From contig OZ076409.1 of assembly GCA_964187785.1 (NCBI GenBank), forward strand, positions 35,342,001 through 35,406,000: a DNA stretch of 64,000 nt, written 5' to 3'. The first letter of the stretch is position 1. Every line of letters begins with the position of its first letter. The position numbers and the translations under genes were made by a program. Positions 61,900 to 64,000 of this stretch are shown here, one piece after another. The notes under the pieces were generated by a model that was not told the origin of the DNA, ran no database searches, and worked only from the letters and a program-made list of their open reading frames with translations. Source of the DNA: Amphiscolops sp. MND2022. Lineage: Eukaryota.

Positions 61900-62480
61900 T
61901 GAAAATTTTTGTTCAGTGATTTTTATTTTGTCAATTTTTTAGTTGTGAAAAAAGGCTAATTTTAGATAATTTGCCTTGAAAAAATGTTATTTTTTAAAAG
62001 TTAGTTGTGAAAAAAACGTTAATTTTAGATACAGCTTCGCTGGCGTTTTTCGTGATTTGCCTTGAAAATATGTTATTTTTTAATAATTTTTTTTATTACG
62101 GTAAAAAAAACGTTAATTTTAGATGATTTGCCTAGAAAACATGTTATTTTTTAACAGTTTATTTTTTATTTTGTTAGTTTTTTAGTTGCGAAAAACAGTT
62201 AATTTTCTAATGATTTACCTTGAAAATGTTATTTTTTAACATTTTTTTATTACGGTAAAAAAAAACGTTAATTTTAGATGGTTTGCCTTGAAAATATGTT
62301 ATTTTTTAACATTTTGTTTTGTTATGCCATATATCAGGAAGTTTTAATGATTTACCTTGAAAATATGTTATTTTTTAACATTTAGTATAAAAAAAGTTAA
62401 TTTTAGATGATTTATCTTGAAAATATGTTTTTTTAACAATTTTTTTTGTTGTGCCATATATCGGGAAATAGCCTACTACT
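61900..62480 (-). repeat. Right TIR
   Basis: Reverse complement of the left TIR with different subrepeat count; ends CTACTACT. Confidence 0.95.
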
Positions 62481-62969
62481 TATATCGAACAACTTTAATT
62501 TGGTTTTTAAAAAAAAAAGAAAAAAGGAATTGTCTTGCGACGCGCAGGTGAACAAAGAAGATTAGTACAGGAAGAACGTAGCAAAGGAATACTGGAAAGA
62601 AAGACGAAACAATCGTTCCAGTTTTAGAACCAGTGAGTTGCATTAGTTGATGTATTTCATAATACGTATATGTAGGACGGGCAGTCGAGTACTTTGAACT
62701 AACACAGAAGTCTACAGAGAGTCAGGTCTAATAAAGAACAACTTGAATTAAAAAAAATCATATGCCGGTGTGAGCTGGTATATGAATCGAATGGAATGAA
62801 ATACCACTGGTAAATACTGGTTAATACCACAGACGCGAGTATATACGTCTAATACCTTGACTACAATATTAGAGGTAATGGATGTGAATAGAAGGTTAAG
62901 ATGAGAGTCATATCCACCCCTAGAGTGAGTGCATTACAGTTCCAACAGTGGGTATTTGGAATTTTTGCA

Positions 62970-63260
62970 GTAGATTTCGCTAGTAAGCAGTTTTAGAAAG
63001 CGTGCAGTGTTATCCACTGACAAATGCTGTTACGTTGCAGTCGATTCCACTTTGCCGGCGATTTCTCCGCAGTGAAATTCGCTGCAATGCATTGGATTTC
63101 ACTATGAAATACCTTAAACATTCGGATCTTGCAGTGGATTCCAGTAAACACTGCCGTGGATTCCACTGAACGCTGCAGTGGACTCCACCGATGGCCGCAG
63201 TGGAATCCACTATTGGCTGTAGTGGTCTCCACTGCAGTGTTTCAGTGGATTTCACTGAAT
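62970..63260. repeat. Foldback repeat of GTGGA(A/T)TCCAC units (MITE-like)
   Basis: Periodic GCAGTGGATTCCAC motifs in both orientations. Confidence 0.65.
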
Positions 63261-63600
63261 TCTTTCAATACCAACCTACAAACGTTATCAACCATCGTAA
63301 AGAAATGGAGTTCATGTACTTCAGTGCCTAAAAAGTCTTCCTTCACGGGTTCAGTTTTGAGAATGAGAAACATTTTCAGAATCAGCAAATGTCACAAAAA
63401 GAAGGATTCAGAATTTCTTCATTTGGTTTAATATTATTCCAAAAGAGTTTTTGTCAATCAATTTATACAGATACTCGCACTGCTTCACCACTTTACTTTG
63501 ATTGTTTTTTTTCCATTATTTGATTGAATCACAGTTGGCATCAAAATTTCACACACAGCTCTTGCTAGTTACTTAGTTATACACATATACCTAGTTACTT

Positions 63601-63952
63601 TATTTCGCTGAAACTTGCAGTGGATTCCACTTCAGCTTACAGTGGATTCCACTCTGGCTTACAGTCAATTCCACTCGTTGTGCAGTCAATTCCACAAGTT
63701 GAAAAGTGAAATCGACTGTACCCAAAAGTGGAATTGGCTGCAAGCCAAAGCGGAATCCACTGTAAGATGAGGTGGAATCTACTGCAAGTATCAGCGAATT
63801 TCGCTGAAAGTTGGAATAAGCTGACGCGATCGGTTCAATTCAGCTGGCAGTGAAAGCAGTAGATTTCGGTGCAGGCATTTTTGTATATTAGCTAGATATG
63901 TTAGTGGAATCCAAAACAGGCTACAAGGGAATCCATTCAAAATCAGTGAAAT
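63601..63952. mobile_element. Foldback MITE-like element(s)
   Basis: 63604-63798 is a ~195-bp imperfect palindrome (TTCGCTGAAACTTGCAGTGGATTCCAC / GTGGAATCTACTGCAAGTATCAGCGAA), followed by a more decayed second unit. Confidence 0.7.
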
Positions 63953-64000
63953 ACATACATAACATTACGTCAATGGATTTCGGTGACTTAATAGCACAAA

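Larger units (their letters stand above)
48037..62480. mobile_element. Full-length Polinton/Maverick (adintovirus-like) copy C, 14444 bp
   Basis: Termini AGTAGTAGGCTATTTCCCGA / TCGGGAAATAGCCTACTACT; 6-bp TSD TATATC at 48031-48036 and 62481-62486; complete core gene set. Confidence 0.98.

Overview
Eukaryotic (probably invertebrate animal) repeat-rich DNA made almost entirely of mobile elements; I can support no host gene. (1) 1-14872: a ~15 kb Ty3/Gypsy LTR retrotransposon. Its 5' LTR is cut by the window edge and its 3' LTR is 14101-14872. It has a tRNA-Arg-like PBS, a ~4 kb non-coding leader and a decayed single gag-PR-RT-RH-IN reading frame ending in two TARG1/Poa1p-like macrodomains. (2) Two solo LTRs (17430-18204, 19977-20700), both with 3-bp flanking duplications, plus an LTR fragment near 46.7-47.2 kb. 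(3) ~20.9-43.8 kb: a heavily decayed Polinton/Maverick (copy A) with a 2.86 kb tandem duplication, a ~5 kb nested tandem array inside polB and a right TIR ending at 43817. (4) 48037-62480: a full-length 14.4 kb Polinton (copy C) with AGTAGT..ACTACT TIRs and a TATATC 6-bp TSD. It encodes adenain protease, penton, two A32-like ATPases, integrase, DJR capsid and protein-primed PolB, several frameshifted. (5) GTGGA(A/T)TCCAC foldback MITE-like repeats at the right end. The most unusual signal is a family of 16/19-nt double mini-hairpin motifs with 2-bp flanking duplication (net +18/+21 nt). They are inserted in frame at many independent sites in both Polintons. All protein calls come from motif recognition by eye; no searches were run.
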